DNA of 64,000 nt from an uncultured virus (IMG/VR IMGVR_UViG_3300029305_009617) (taxonomy: Duplodnaviria > Heunggongvirae > Uroviricota > Caudoviricetes): the IMG/VR virus record IMGVR_UViG_3300029305_009617, one strand, 5' to 3'. Every line of letters starts with the position of its first letter. Positions within the stretch are counted from its first letter, which is position 1. A program made the translations under genes and the position numbers. This document shows, piece after piece, positions 51,799 to 62,271 of the stretch. The notes below the pieces were generated by a model, which made no database searches, had not been told where the DNA came from, and worked only from the letters and a program-made list of their open reading frames with translations.

Positions 51799-52440
51799 AT
51801 GGAAAATAAAGAAATAAAGAGATTATTTGAAATTATCCTTAATGACGGAAAGGAAGACCGGCATTTTGAGATTACCGGCCGGATACAGGTAGTACAGGAT
51901 ATAGTAGGTTATCCTTTCTTAGAAGCAGAAGATGTCTGTGTATATGAGATAAAAGATAAGGAAAAGATTTTATTTGAGCCTGTTGCTACCAGATGGGCAT
52001 CCGGAGAACGTCTTAGTACAAGTGATGCACTGGATGATGTTCTGGAGCGTTATATACGCAATCAGACAGACGGTTTTAAAGTGCTCTATGTAGATTCGGA
52101 AGTAAATGACATGGCAGCAGTCTATAAGAATAGAACTGCTCTTACCTACAAAGGAAGGGACATTCCTTATCAGATCATCGATAATGATATGCAGGATGTG
52201 TATCAGATGAAAATGGCCACATCAAAATATCTTTATTACATATGTGACGATATGTTTATCATGCTGGATATAGAGACTGGAATCTTGATATCGGATAATT
52301 ACTTTGCAGAAGTAGGGTTTTCAGAATCTGAGGAAGCAATTGAAGAAGGAACAGAAGAGAACCTTATATTTAAGAAGTATCTGCATCCTAAAAAGGCTTA
52401 CGAAATCGGCGTAAAATTCGATGTATGGAAATTGTTTTAA
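51799..52440 (+). CDS. Hypothetical protein
   Basis: AAGGAG RBS. Confidence 0.6.
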   Translation: MENKEIKRLFEIILNDGKEDRHFEITGRIQVVQDIVGYPFLEAEDVCVYEIKDKEKILFEPVATRWASGERLSTSDALDDVLERYIRNQTDGFKVLYVDSEVNDMAAVYKNRTALTYKGRDIPYQIIDNDMQDVYQMKMATSKYLYYICDDMFIMLDIETGILISDNYFAEVGFSESEEAIEEGTEENLIFKKYLHPKKAYEIGVKFDVWKLF

Positions 52441-52565
52441 TAAATTGCTAATTTGGCCAGAATGAAAGGTTTGAGGATACATTCTATGATAAAAGAATAG
52501 TTACAGCTATGGTATAAGAAATTACCATTAATTTTTATAAAATCCACCTGGGGTTTTGTAAAGAT

Positions 52566-53192
52566 ATGGAGGATATAATGACAACATATGATAAAAATGC
52601 GTGTCTGGAAAAAATCAAAGAAAAGGATGCGTATACATATGGTCATTGTATGCGCGTAGCTTACTTTTCAAGATTGCTTTGCCAGGCACTGAATTTAAAA
52701 AAGGAAGTTATCAAATCTGTAGAAGAGGCAGCTCTTGTACATGATATTGGAAAGGTACTGATACCGGACGAAGTTTTAAACAAACCCGGTGCATTAACAA
52801 ATGATGAGTTTATGGTAATGAAGGAACATACGACTATGGGCCTTCATTATTTAGAAGCACATTACAGTAATATTCCTAAAATTACAAAGGATATTGTTGT
52901 AGGTCATCACTTATCATTAAATGGTAACGGATATCCTTATATTGATACAAGTGGTGGTATCAGTCTGGAACAACGCATCGTTACTATTTGTGATATTTTT
53001 GATGGTATCGCATCAAAAAGAGCATATAGAGATACACTGGTCCCTGTAACACAAGTGCTATCTATTATGCAAAATGATTGTAAAAATGGAAAACTGGATA
53101 CATTTGTTTTTTCTGTATTCAAAAATACAGTAGTTCCGGGTCTTAAAATCGACTGGAATAAGACGAACATGGTTCCACTTCCATTTTTCTAA
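52566..53192 (+). CDS. Stand-alone HD-GYP domain protein
   Basis: YTYGHCMRVA, HDIGK, KPGALT, NGNGYP and CDIFDG motifs. Confidence 0.85.
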   Translation: MEDIMTTYDKNACLEKIKEKDAYTYGHCMRVAYFSRLLCQALNLKKEVIKSVEEAALVHDIGKVLIPDEVLNKPGALTNDEFMVMKEHTTMGLHYLEAHYSNIPKITKDIVVGHHLSLNGNGYPYIDTSGGISLEQRIVTICDIFDGIASKRAYRDTLVPVTQVLSIMQNDCKNGKLDTFVFSVFKNTVVPGLKIDWNKTNMVPLPFF

Positions 53193-53378
53193 CAATACTG
53201 GGCCTCTGCGAATGCAGGGGCTCTTTTTTTGTGTTAAAATTAAATATCACTGCGATTTTATATTGCTTTTTTATTGCCTTTTAACGGTTGAATAATGTTG
53301 AATTATGCGTTATAATATGGATAAAATATTATATATACATAATAAAAGAATAAATACTTTGATAGGGGGGATATCTTT

Positions 53379-54418
53379 ATGCTTACATTTGAAATAGGTG
53401 AAACAAGAATAATTCACCATTCTGATTTTAGTGGTAACTGTGAAATTACTAATACACAAACTAACCAAAAAGTTTCTGTTCCATGCGAGGTTCTTTTAGC
53501 TTTTGTTGCGGAATTCGTTCGTACAGAAAAAATAACCAAATTAGAACAGATGGATAACAGAACTATTTTAGGACTCAATCCTATAGGAATTAACGAGGAA
53601 TTGTTTGCTAAATTCAATAAAGGTGATTTGTTAGAAACAATAGATTCCTATAACCATAAATTTGGCGTTTATTTTATTAGATACGAAAAGGGGAAGTTTT
53701 ATGGATTGCATCAGCATACCCTTACTCCTGTAATAGCTCCTATTTCGTCTATAAAGTCTTTAAAATTAATTACACCAAATGACGGAAAAATTCTTAACAC
53801 AAAAGAATTTAAGTATGCAGAAACATTTTAAATGGCCATGCAGATGATGACAGAGGTTCTTAAAAGCGGTGTTCGATTTGGAACGCATTCAAACGGAAAG
53901 TCTTTCATAGATAAAATTGAATGCACAATAAAATAATGATTAAAGAAAAGGATGTGTGTAAGATGCCTAGACCAAAGAAAGACGGACGATATTTGAATTT
54001 ATATCTTGACAGGACATTGCATGAAGAATTTGAGCAATTCTGTGAAAGCCTTGGGCAAACCAAGACGGTTGCTGCTGAAAGAGCTTTTCGGATGTATATG
54101 GATGCTATGAAACAGAATCCGGAGCAACTATTGAAAAATAAGGAGGAAAGATAAAATATGTCAGATACATTAAATCTGCTAAAAGGAATAAAGCCATTAT
54201 TTAAAAGAGGAGAAACTTTTTATTATGCTAATAGAAATACGAAACAGGCAGAAAAGTGTACCATTGTTGATTGGGTTTGCCAATATCCGATGGCGTATAT
54301 AGCAAAAAATGAAGTATCGGGAGAAACTTTTAAATGTTATCATGATTTTGGATGTTTTGCATCGGAACAAGAGGCTTATAATGACGCTCAAATCGAGGCG
54401 GATAGAATAATATATTAA
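53379..54418 (+). other. Three small genes (53379-53831; ~53963-54154 RHH-like; 54158-54418)
   Basis: Co-oriented ORFs; MPRPKKDGRYLNLYLD resembles a ribbon-helix-helix start. Confidence 0.55.
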
Positions 54419-55068
54419 ATTTGAGCAAACATATTGATTTGTCCCATTCTATGTAACTATCTTCAAATCTTTACATAGAAAGGAGGCAACATTTTATGTT
54501 ATCAACAGAGACTATAATAATCATTTCGCTGATAGTTCTCACATTATGTATTATCGCCTCATTCTTTTTACCAGATAAGCTAAAACGAATGAAAAAATAC
54601 ACAGATATTTACATTGGCATAGTATAATTATCATTGGCAAAAAAAGGAATAGGTAGAAACCTCTTCGCAATCATACAGATTTATCTTATTGTTTAATTGC
54701 TGAGAAAAAACAAAGAAGTCTGTATGATGAATGCTATGATAAAAGAAAACGGCGTAAGTTTCAAGGAGTTAGAAAAAAATTTTTTGCATGGACCTGCCAG
54801 ATTGGCCAGAACTTCACCAAGGAGTTTCTGGAGCGATATGACCAGATGTTGATGCAGTAGCGCGATAAGAGTTACTATTGTTATAAAGGCTTACAACATC
54901 TGATTTAAAAGAATATCTGGATAAAAAGTATATAGTCAAAGGTACTTGTTGATAAAAGACATTTAACTGTTTTTGTCATATCTAATGCTATCCTTCTTAT
55001 TTTGTCAGAGTTAGTACAGCAATGGTTGCATTGAATTTGCAAATTTAGCGTTCGACAGCAGGATAATA

Positions 55069-55250
55069 TTGCTTTTTTATATGCAATTTTGTATAATAAA
55101 TATATTATTATTCATTATTTGTTTTCCCTGTTAAAAAGCCCTTGACGAAAGGTTTATTTAATAGGAAAACTTTGTCACAGCATAGAATTTAAAGATCGCT
55201 TACAGCGGTCTTTTTTTTATGCAAATTATTAAAGAAAAGGAGGTGCCGAT
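55069..55250 (+). promoter_or_regulatory. SigA-type promoter, structured leader and terminator (copy 2)
   Basis: TTGCTT-N17-TATAAT; homologous to 40118-40297. Confidence 0.75.
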
Positions 55251-55848
55251 ATGGCAAAATTTCAAGGTTTGACATTTACGCCTTACAGAACATTAACGGA
55301 GAGAGAAAAGAGTATGGATCTGTATCACATGACTAAGTATTTTAATTTCACATGGGATTATGAGCTTGGTATGTACAGTATGGACCAGCCAGGACATCCG
55401 GTTAAAATTCCGTATAGTCACGATGCTTTTTATGATGCTATGGAAGAGGATGACTGGGCGGACATTTATTATTGTGAGGAGAATGAAAAATATTATATTC
55501 CATCAACAAACACAATGATGTTAATTACGCAGCATATTGTTGCGTAGAAGGGAGCGTAAAATGAGTACTTTGAACCAAAACTGCATGAATGCTTATAGGA
55601 CTAAGTGGAATCAATGTCTTTTATCAGAGAATAATGATTTGACTGCTGCCAATGAGTGTTTTGAATGCAGTGCAAATGCTTTAGAAATCGTGGGCTACTA
55701 TCTTGTGATTTATGGTTCTGAAGCATTTAGTACATGGATATCCAACACAAAGGATATTGAGAAGACTGACTTGCATAATAAAGTGGAACATCTTTTTAAG
55801 CAGGTAGAAAAAGAGAAAGTTAAAGAAAGGAGTCATACCTTATCCTAG
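55251..55848 (+). other. Two hypothetical genes (55251-55547, 55561-55848)
   Basis: RBS-preceded co-oriented ORFs. Confidence 0.55.
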
Positions 55849-56038
55849 TGAAACTAGGTTGAAAGAGCGTGGTGCGGACATTGAACCTGTATGGTGTCTC
55901 CGTATATAAGGAGTTTAAATGAACCGAGGAAAAACCGGAAAGTCTTTCATAAAATTATGAGGCTCGTTACCCTACTTGCAGTGGTAACAGCAAAAATCGG
56001 ATTAATTAGCCATTAACTGGATATGGTTAGTGGTTGGT

Positions 56039-56764
56039 GTGAAAGAAAATTTAACAGTTTGCTGGTTATCTGCAGGAGTGTCCAGCTTTATGGCCGGATA
56101 TTTATTAAGAAAAGATATTGATGAATTCATTTACATCGATGTAGATGACCAGCATGAAGACAGTATGCGTTTTATTAAGGATTGCGAAAAGGTCTTAGGT
56201 AAAACCATAACTATTTTGAAATCCGAGTACGGAACGGTGGAAAACGCCTGTATAGCAGGTGGCTTCATAAATCGTCCTAAAGTCGGAGCATATTGCACGA
56301 AATACCTAAAGAAGAGAGTGCGCACCTTATGGGAAATGGAACATACGATGTATGACATTACATATGTATGGGGATTTGATGCAAAAGAGAGTCGCCGGGC
56401 GGAACAATTAGCAGAGGCATATCCAAATGTTAGGCATGTGTTTCCTCTTATTGACAGGATTCTTTCAAAAGAGGACTGCCATTCGATGTTACGCGACTTG
56501 CACATTAAGCGTCCTAAAATGTACGACCTTGGGTATTCAAACAATAACTGTATTGGATGCGTCAAAGGTGGTATGGGGTATTGGAATAAAATTCGTGTTG
56601 ATTTTCCGGATGTATTTGCTGCAAGAGCGAAACTGGAACGTAAATTAGGATGCAGTTGTATCAACGGTATATTCCTGGATGAACTTGAACCAGACAGAGG
56701 GAGAATGGATATGGAGATTATGCCAGAGTGTAGTATTTTCTGTTCATTAGAACAGCTTGAGTAG
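56039..56764 (+). CDS. PAPS-reductase-family protein 2
   Basis: WLSAGVSS, WGFDAKESRR, FPLI and NNNCIGCVKGG motifs. Confidence 0.75.
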   Translation: MKENLTVCWLSAGVSSFMAGYLLRKDIDEFIYIDVDDQHEDSMRFIKDCEKVLGKTITILKSEYGTVENACIAGGFINRPKVGAYCTKYLKKRVRTLWEMEHTMYDITYVWGFDAKESRRAEQLAEAYPNVRHVFPLIDRILSKEDCHSMLRDLHIKRPKMYDLGYSNNNCIGCVKGGMGYWNKIRVDFPDVFAARAKLERKLGCSCINGIFLDELEPDRGRMDMEIMPECSIFCSLEQLE

Positions 56765-56877
56765 GCGTGCCATTTATATGGCGCATATGTTTATAAACAT
56801 GGATAACAATAAGCTTATGGCTATTTTATGTCATGGTATGAGACATGCAGCTGATAATATGAAAAGGAGGAAAAGTA

Positions 56878-59709
56878 ATGAAATTACTTTTAGAAATGAA
56901 TGAGGTCGATGGTGGCCAGTATTTTTGCAAGGACCAGAGACTTTCTTTTGATTTACCATGGTCTATTTATGTGGTAAACGGAGATTTATATACACCGTAT
57001 TATAGGGTGTATATCGGAGAATGCTTGATGTGTATAAGGCTTTCCTTGGAAAAGTCTTATGAGTACATAAGAAATGTTACAAAGGAAGAAGCTCATATTG
57101 CAAAAATGCAGGCTTCAAATGACGGAAACCATCAGGTATTGGAATCCAGAGGTAAAATTAAAAATGTTATAAAAGGCTATTTGTCTAAGTACGACATTAC
57201 AGCTATTACTTTCTTTGAAGGGGATACGTGTATCTTTAGCGGGTCTTATGATGCTTTTAATAAGATTCACTTTGATACGGACAAATACCTTTGGGAAGTA
57301 AAAGAAAGAATACTGAATAGCGACTGCAGCAAGTGTATTTTACACAATACCAGTAAGCTATTTATTTTTTATTAAAAAGGAGGTCGCAAATGAAACGAAC
57401 ATTTGTAAAAGAACGAAAATCTTATAAATATAAAGAACTTATTCAGATTAATGAGACGACCGGTGAGGTGAAAATATATTGTCAGGATAAGGAACTGGGA
57501 TTTCCATTTTCGGAGTACATGACATCCATAAATGAACTGATGTGGCCAGGTGTTTCGGATTTTGTAAAACACCTGTCAAAGGATATGGTTGAAGTGGATA
57601 CGCAGATACAAGAAAAAAGCGAATTAGAAGGCTTATATAATTTGAGGGAGTATCGGAAAAAATACACAAATCATGGTGGCATACAGTTAAAAGATGGCAC
57701 GGTATATGACGATATCTCTGAACGATTAAAAGCTTACACAGTATAAAAAAGGAGGTTTGAATTATGAGTACAAGTAAAATTTCATATGATGAGTTAAGAA
57801 AAAGGCAACAGGCAGAGATGAATGCATTCCCTCTAAAAGCTGCTTTTTCTAATGAACAGTTTAAAGAGGCAATGGAAAGCTGGGGTCTGAAAGAAACAGA
57901 TACCGACAAAATTGTTTCTTTGGGATTTGGCTGTTTTTGTTTAAAAACAGATGCACCTAAGTACATCGAAATGAGAAAGAGACATAAAGAAGCGTTTCGT
58001 TCTGCAATAGCTGAAGATACGACCGGTGATGGATTTATTTATCAGGCGTTTCTTTCTGCCCTTAATGACCATGAATATGGTTATACCGGGGATGCAGATG
58101 ACGCAGTAGCTTCATTAGGATTTACCTATGAACAGATTAGCAATGATAAAGCTCTTTTGCATGGTTTTGGTAAAGCGATAGAAAAAATCAAGTGTGCATA
58201 ATGTTACGGTCTACGTGGCGAAATGACAAGGAGGTAGTCAAAGTGGTTAATAAAGTACAGAAAATAATCACAGATGATAATTATATTTGCTTCATAATCC
58301 TTACAGAAGGGGATGAGGATTTTTGGTACTGGGAAATTAGCCTGGATACATGGAATAAGTACTGGAAAGAGAAAAATCCCGATTGCCTTAATGGGAATGT
58401 TACGGAATGGGCGGCTAACGAATTTGTCAATTCCGATGAATGTCGGAATTGCGGATGCAGTGTTAGTAGTTTCGCAACTGTAGAAGAGGCAGTAAAGGAT
58501 TATTTGGAAAAAGCTAAAATGTAGGAATTTGGCATCACACTTTTTTAGTGTTGAAGCCTGACGACAAGAATTAAAAAGGAGGTACTGCAGATGAAGAAAT
58601 TTTCAACTGTGGAAGAAATGAAATCACATTTTATCAGTAAAGGATGGACTGAAGGAATTTCCTTTCGTGTTGTATTAGCAGCAGAAGCAAAGGGACACGG
58701 ATGGGCATTTATGATTCCCGAGATACAAAATGGGCGCAAGTATTTTATCCTTAATGATACGGGTGATGTATATGATGATAGTGGGAAAATTGTAATGTAT
58801 AATCTTACAACTATTGGAGATGAGCCAAAGATGGATGTGGATGAGGCGATGGCTATTTTGCACGCTTCCTCTGTTGGATTCTCATACGATACAGACCCGG
58901 CCAGATATACGATCAAACAGGCTGATTTGCCAAAACTTTTTGAATATGTGAAAAACCGACAAAAAATAGACCGTTAGGAGATTAGTTATGGATAAAAGAG
59001 GCAATAAAAGAGGGAATATGTTAGTTACTTATTTATTTCCAGATAATAAAAATGTAACCGACAATATTAAAGATGAACACACAATGAAACATGAATTAGC
59101 CCGTTTGGCATTAAGCTGGAAGGAAAAAGGTCTTATATCAAGATTTATGGTAGCTCCGGATGATTGTATATCAGATGTATATAGTACTGATAATAAATGG
59201 ACGCTGATTACTGATGATGAAGAGAGTTATCCAAAATGTTTCGAATATGTTCTTGTTGAAGATGATATTGGAGATAGGAATGTGGCGTGTTGTCATCCGG
59301 ATTATGAATGGTATATAAGTAACGGTGAAGATAGTTTAAAACTGAACGGAAACGTTATTAGGTGGAGAAATTTAACAATTTAAGTGAAGTTTTTGTTTAT
59401 TGTTATTTTCCGGCAGCAGGCCGGAAGAAAGAAAAGGAGGTAACAATGGCTAAAGCGAAAAAGGCTAAGCCTAATAAGCCTACACTTCAAGATGAACGAA
59501 GGATGTATGCATCCATGTTTGGAGAGGAGTTTATGGTGGAAGAATCGCCGGTATCAAAAGAGGATTTGAACTCTTATGATGAGGCGATTTTTTTATATGA
59601 ATGGTTTTTAGAAGAAGCCATAATTAGAAATGACCAGACCGAAGCATCGTTTTTAAGACGTATGCTGCAGGAAGCAAAAGTAAATAAAAGGAGAACGTTA
59701 GCCTTATAG
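56878..59709 (+). other. Cluster of hypothetical genes (56878-57375, 57390-57746, 57764-58201, ~58243-58524, 58591-58977, 58988-59383, ~59446-59709)
   Basis: Co-oriented ORFs with AGGAG(G) RBSs. Confidence 0.6.
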
Positions 59710-59829
59710 AAATATAAGATAGAGAAGTGCGATTATAACTAAACATTAGTTTCCGAAGCACCTGGGGAGTGATTGATACACTCTGGTTGAGGTCGAGAGG
59801 AGTTTTTGTTTGGCTTTCTGTATTTCCTG

Positions 59830-60570
59830 ATGAAATACATTTGCGCTTGGTCTGGAGGAAAAGATAGTATGTCCAATATTATACTGGCTCACGAAAACAA
59901 TGAACCACTGGATTTGATTGTTATGTCAGAAGTAATGTTTGATAAATCACGAGGCATTAGTGGCGAAAATCCGCTGCATATGGAGTTTGTTAAGAATGTA
60001 GCCATCCCTACTTTTAAAAGCTGGGGCTATGAAGTGGTTATTGTAAGAGCAGATAAGGATTATCTGGATATGTTTTATCATATTATAGAGAAGCCTAGAA
60101 AACATCTGGAACATAAAGGCTTGCATTATGGTTTTTGTTTACCAGGGTATTGCTCTATAAAAAGAGATTTAAAAATCAAACCTATGGAACGGTATCTTGC
60201 ATCTTTAGGGGAAGAATATATCCAGTATCTGGGTATATGTGTAGATGAACCAAAAAGACTTGCATCAATGAAACAACGAAATGCCGGCATTTCGCTGCTC
60301 GAAAAGTATGGTTATAATCAGAGTATGACAAAGGAGCTTTGTTTGTCATATGGTTTATATTCCTATGGTTACGAGTTATCAAAGCGAGGCGGGTGTTTTT
60401 TTTGTCCGTATGCCAAGTTAGAGGAGCATCGATATCTAAAAGAAAAAGACCCTGAAACGTGGGATAGACTGGTTTCTTTGGAAAAAGAAGAAAATGTAGC
60501 GTTTTCTAAGTGGAATGCTATAACGAATGAAACACTGACTGAACGTGATTTACTTCTTTCTGGAACCTGA
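59830..60570 (+). CDS. PAPS-reductase-family protein 3
   Basis: AWSGGKDS, LGICVDEPKR and RGGCFFCP motifs. Confidence 0.8.
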   Translation: MKYICAWSGGKDSMSNIILAHENNEPLDLIVMSEVMFDKSRGISGENPLHMEFVKNVAIPTFKSWGYEVVIVRADKDYLDMFYHIIEKPRKHLEHKGLHYGFCLPGYCSIKRDLKIKPMERYLASLGEEYIQYLGICVDEPKRLASMKQRNAGISLLEKYGYNQSMTKELCLSYGLYSYGYELSKRGGCFFCPYAKLEEHRYLKEKDPETWDRLVSLEKEENVAFSKWNAITNETLTERDLLLSGT

Positions 60571-60581
60571 AAATAGCATTA

Positions 60582-60628
60582 AGGAACCCTGTTGCTTGGC
60601 ATTTGCCGGGCAGCAGGGTTCTTTTTTT
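60582..60628 (+). terminator. Intrinsic terminator
   Basis: GAACCCTGTTGCTTGGC...GCCGGGCAGCAGGGTTC followed by T7. Confidence 0.8.
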
Positions 60629-60669
60629 ATAAAAATAATTAGATTTGTATTTTTTTTATTGAATTAGTA

Positions 60670-60700
60670 TTGCGTTTCGTATGTACAACTCGAATAATTA
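60670..60700 (+). promoter_or_regulatory. Conserved tra-type promoter, copy 3
   Basis: TTGCGT-ttcgtatgtacaactcg-AATAAT; 28/31 identical to copies 1 and 2. Confidence 0.8.
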
Positions 60701-60728
60701 ATAGTAAAAGGCAAAGGAGAGTGTAATT

Positions 60729-61052
60729 ATGAGTAGGTTATTCCTGTGTTTTCCTGCCGTGGCAGGAGATTTTGATTTTATGGATTCGTCAGGACCTGGT
60801 GCTTACTATGGTTTATGGAAGAAGCTTAGTGAAACTGGTGCCGGTGCTTATTATTTTGAGCGGCATCTGGGAGTATGGCTGATTTTGCTTGCAGTAGGAT
60901 TACTTTTTTTAAGTTGGACATTTCGTTCATCTTCTGTACAGGAAAGAATTCATATTAAGGACCGCACAATAACAATAATAATTGTAGTTGCACTTTTTTT
61001 TGGCGTAGCTGGTCTGATAACAACTGTAATACAGGCTGGTTTTGATTATTAA
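60729..61052 (+). CDS. VirB2/TrbC pilin-like membrane protein
   Basis: Two TM helices joined by a short basic loop; start of the tra operon. Confidence 0.5.
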   Translation: MSRLFLCFPAVAGDFDFMDSSGPGAYYGLWKKLSETGAGAYYFERHLGVWLILLAVGLLFLSWTFRSSSVQERIHIKDRTITIIIVVALFFGVAGLITTVIQAGFDY

Positions 61053-61060
61053 TACAAAGA

Positions 61061-61453
61061 ATGGAGGGAAAAAATGAGATGACATTGGGATTTCTTGATT
61101 CAGCATTTATTGCAGTCCGGACAAAACTGGGAATGACGGTTGAGAGTGTGCTGGAAGGTGGAAGAGATGCAATGGAGGACGGAGGCTCGTTTTCCGGTGT
61201 TTCATCAAAAGTAGATGATATTGGCGGTGGCGCTTACCATCTTCTACGAAAAGGCGGTGTTTATACATTGCTTATTGTAACAGGAGTTTCTTTTTTAGCA
61301 CTGGCATTATCAAAAGCACATAATCGAGAAGATGCCAAATCTAAGATTATTTGGCTTGTTTTAGGTGGAGTTGGATTCTTTGGTTCAATTGCAGTTGTAA
61401 TTGCATTAGAAACAATTGGAACCGGCTTGTTTGAAACTGCAGCTGAGGAATAA
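61061..61453 (+). CDS. VirB2/TrbC pilin-like membrane protein
   Basis: TM-NREDAKSKI-TM. Confidence 0.55.
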   Translation: MEGKNEMTLGFLDSAFIAVRTKLGMTVESVLEGGRDAMEDGGSFSGVSSKVDDIGGGAYHLLRKGGVYTLLIVTGVSFLALALSKAHNREDAKSKIIWLVLGGVGFFGSIAVVIALETIGTGLFETAAEE

Positions 61454-61513
61454 CAATTATATAGGGGCAGTGACTTTCGTTGGCTGTCCCTTGTTTTCTG
61501 GAGAAATTAGGGT

Positions 61514-61906
61514 ATGGGAAATCATATTTTTCAAATGTATATGCTGAAATTAAAAATGATACCTCTAAGTTTATTAGATGGTGGAGCTGGAGGTTCAAGG
61601 AGAAGATGGGAACTTCCCAGAGATCCATTTGACATTATTTATAATAATACTGAGAATATAGTGGAGTCTATCGAAGGATTTAACTTTGCTGACTTCTTTT
61701 ATCTTATAAAAAGTTTTGGTGTTATTGGAGGGCTGTTAGCTATTGGCGCAACACTGCTCGTAATGCTTTATGTAGAACGCAGTGATGCCTTAGCTGATAA
61801 GAAAAAGGATATTGAACATAAGCTATTTGTTCTTTTTTTAATTTTTTCTCTTATAACAATTTTTAATGTTATGAAAGAAGTATTCGACAATATGTTTATG
61901 GTTTAG
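61514..61906 (+). CDS. VirB2/TrbC pilin-like membrane protein
   Basis: TM-LADKKKDI-TM. Confidence 0.5.
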   Translation: MGNHIFQMYMLKLKMIPLSLLDGGAGGSRRRWELPRDPFDIIYNNTENIVESIEGFNFADFFYLIKSFGVIGGLLAIGATLLVMLYVERSDALADKKKDIEHKLFVLFLIFSLITIFNVMKEVFDNMFMV

Positions 61907-61923
61907 AAAGAAGGTGTTGATTT

Positions 61924-62271
61924 ATGGCAAGACTAGGAAGATATAAAATTCCGCGGCCATTTAAAGATGAGGATATATGGTTTCGTTTTTTTACAAAAAA
62001 ACAATTAATGTATTTACTGGTTTTTGGCGGAATCGGATTATTGTTACTTATGTTGTCAGCCGTTGCCAAAATGGTTGTTATCGGAGGCATCTTATTTGTT
62101 GTTTTTTTGGTATTGGGGATTGTTATTCCAAGATTTAATATGCCGGATGATAAATACCTTTGGGGTGGTGGAATGCCTTTGGAAACAATCTTTATACGAT
62201 GGATTTTTAAAAAAATATCCAAAAAGTCATTATATATTAAATGTCATACAAAAGGAGGAGAGTTTAAGTGA
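61924..62271 (+). CDS. PrgI/VirB3-like conjugation membrane protein
   Basis: YKIPRPFKDEDIWFRFFTKKQL plus two TM helices. Confidence 0.65.
   Translation: MARLGRYKIPRPFKDEDIWFRFFTKKQLMYLLVFGGIGLLLLMLSAVAKMVVIGGILFVVFLVLGIVIPRFNMPDDKYLWGGGMPLETIFIRWIFKKISKKSLYIKCHTKGGEFK

Noticed and set aside
50991..60570. Complete Dnd/Ssp phosphorothioation system or cysH sulfate pathway
   Set aside because: No partner genes (desulfurase, DndD/E, SspB/C, cys operon) recognised in the window.
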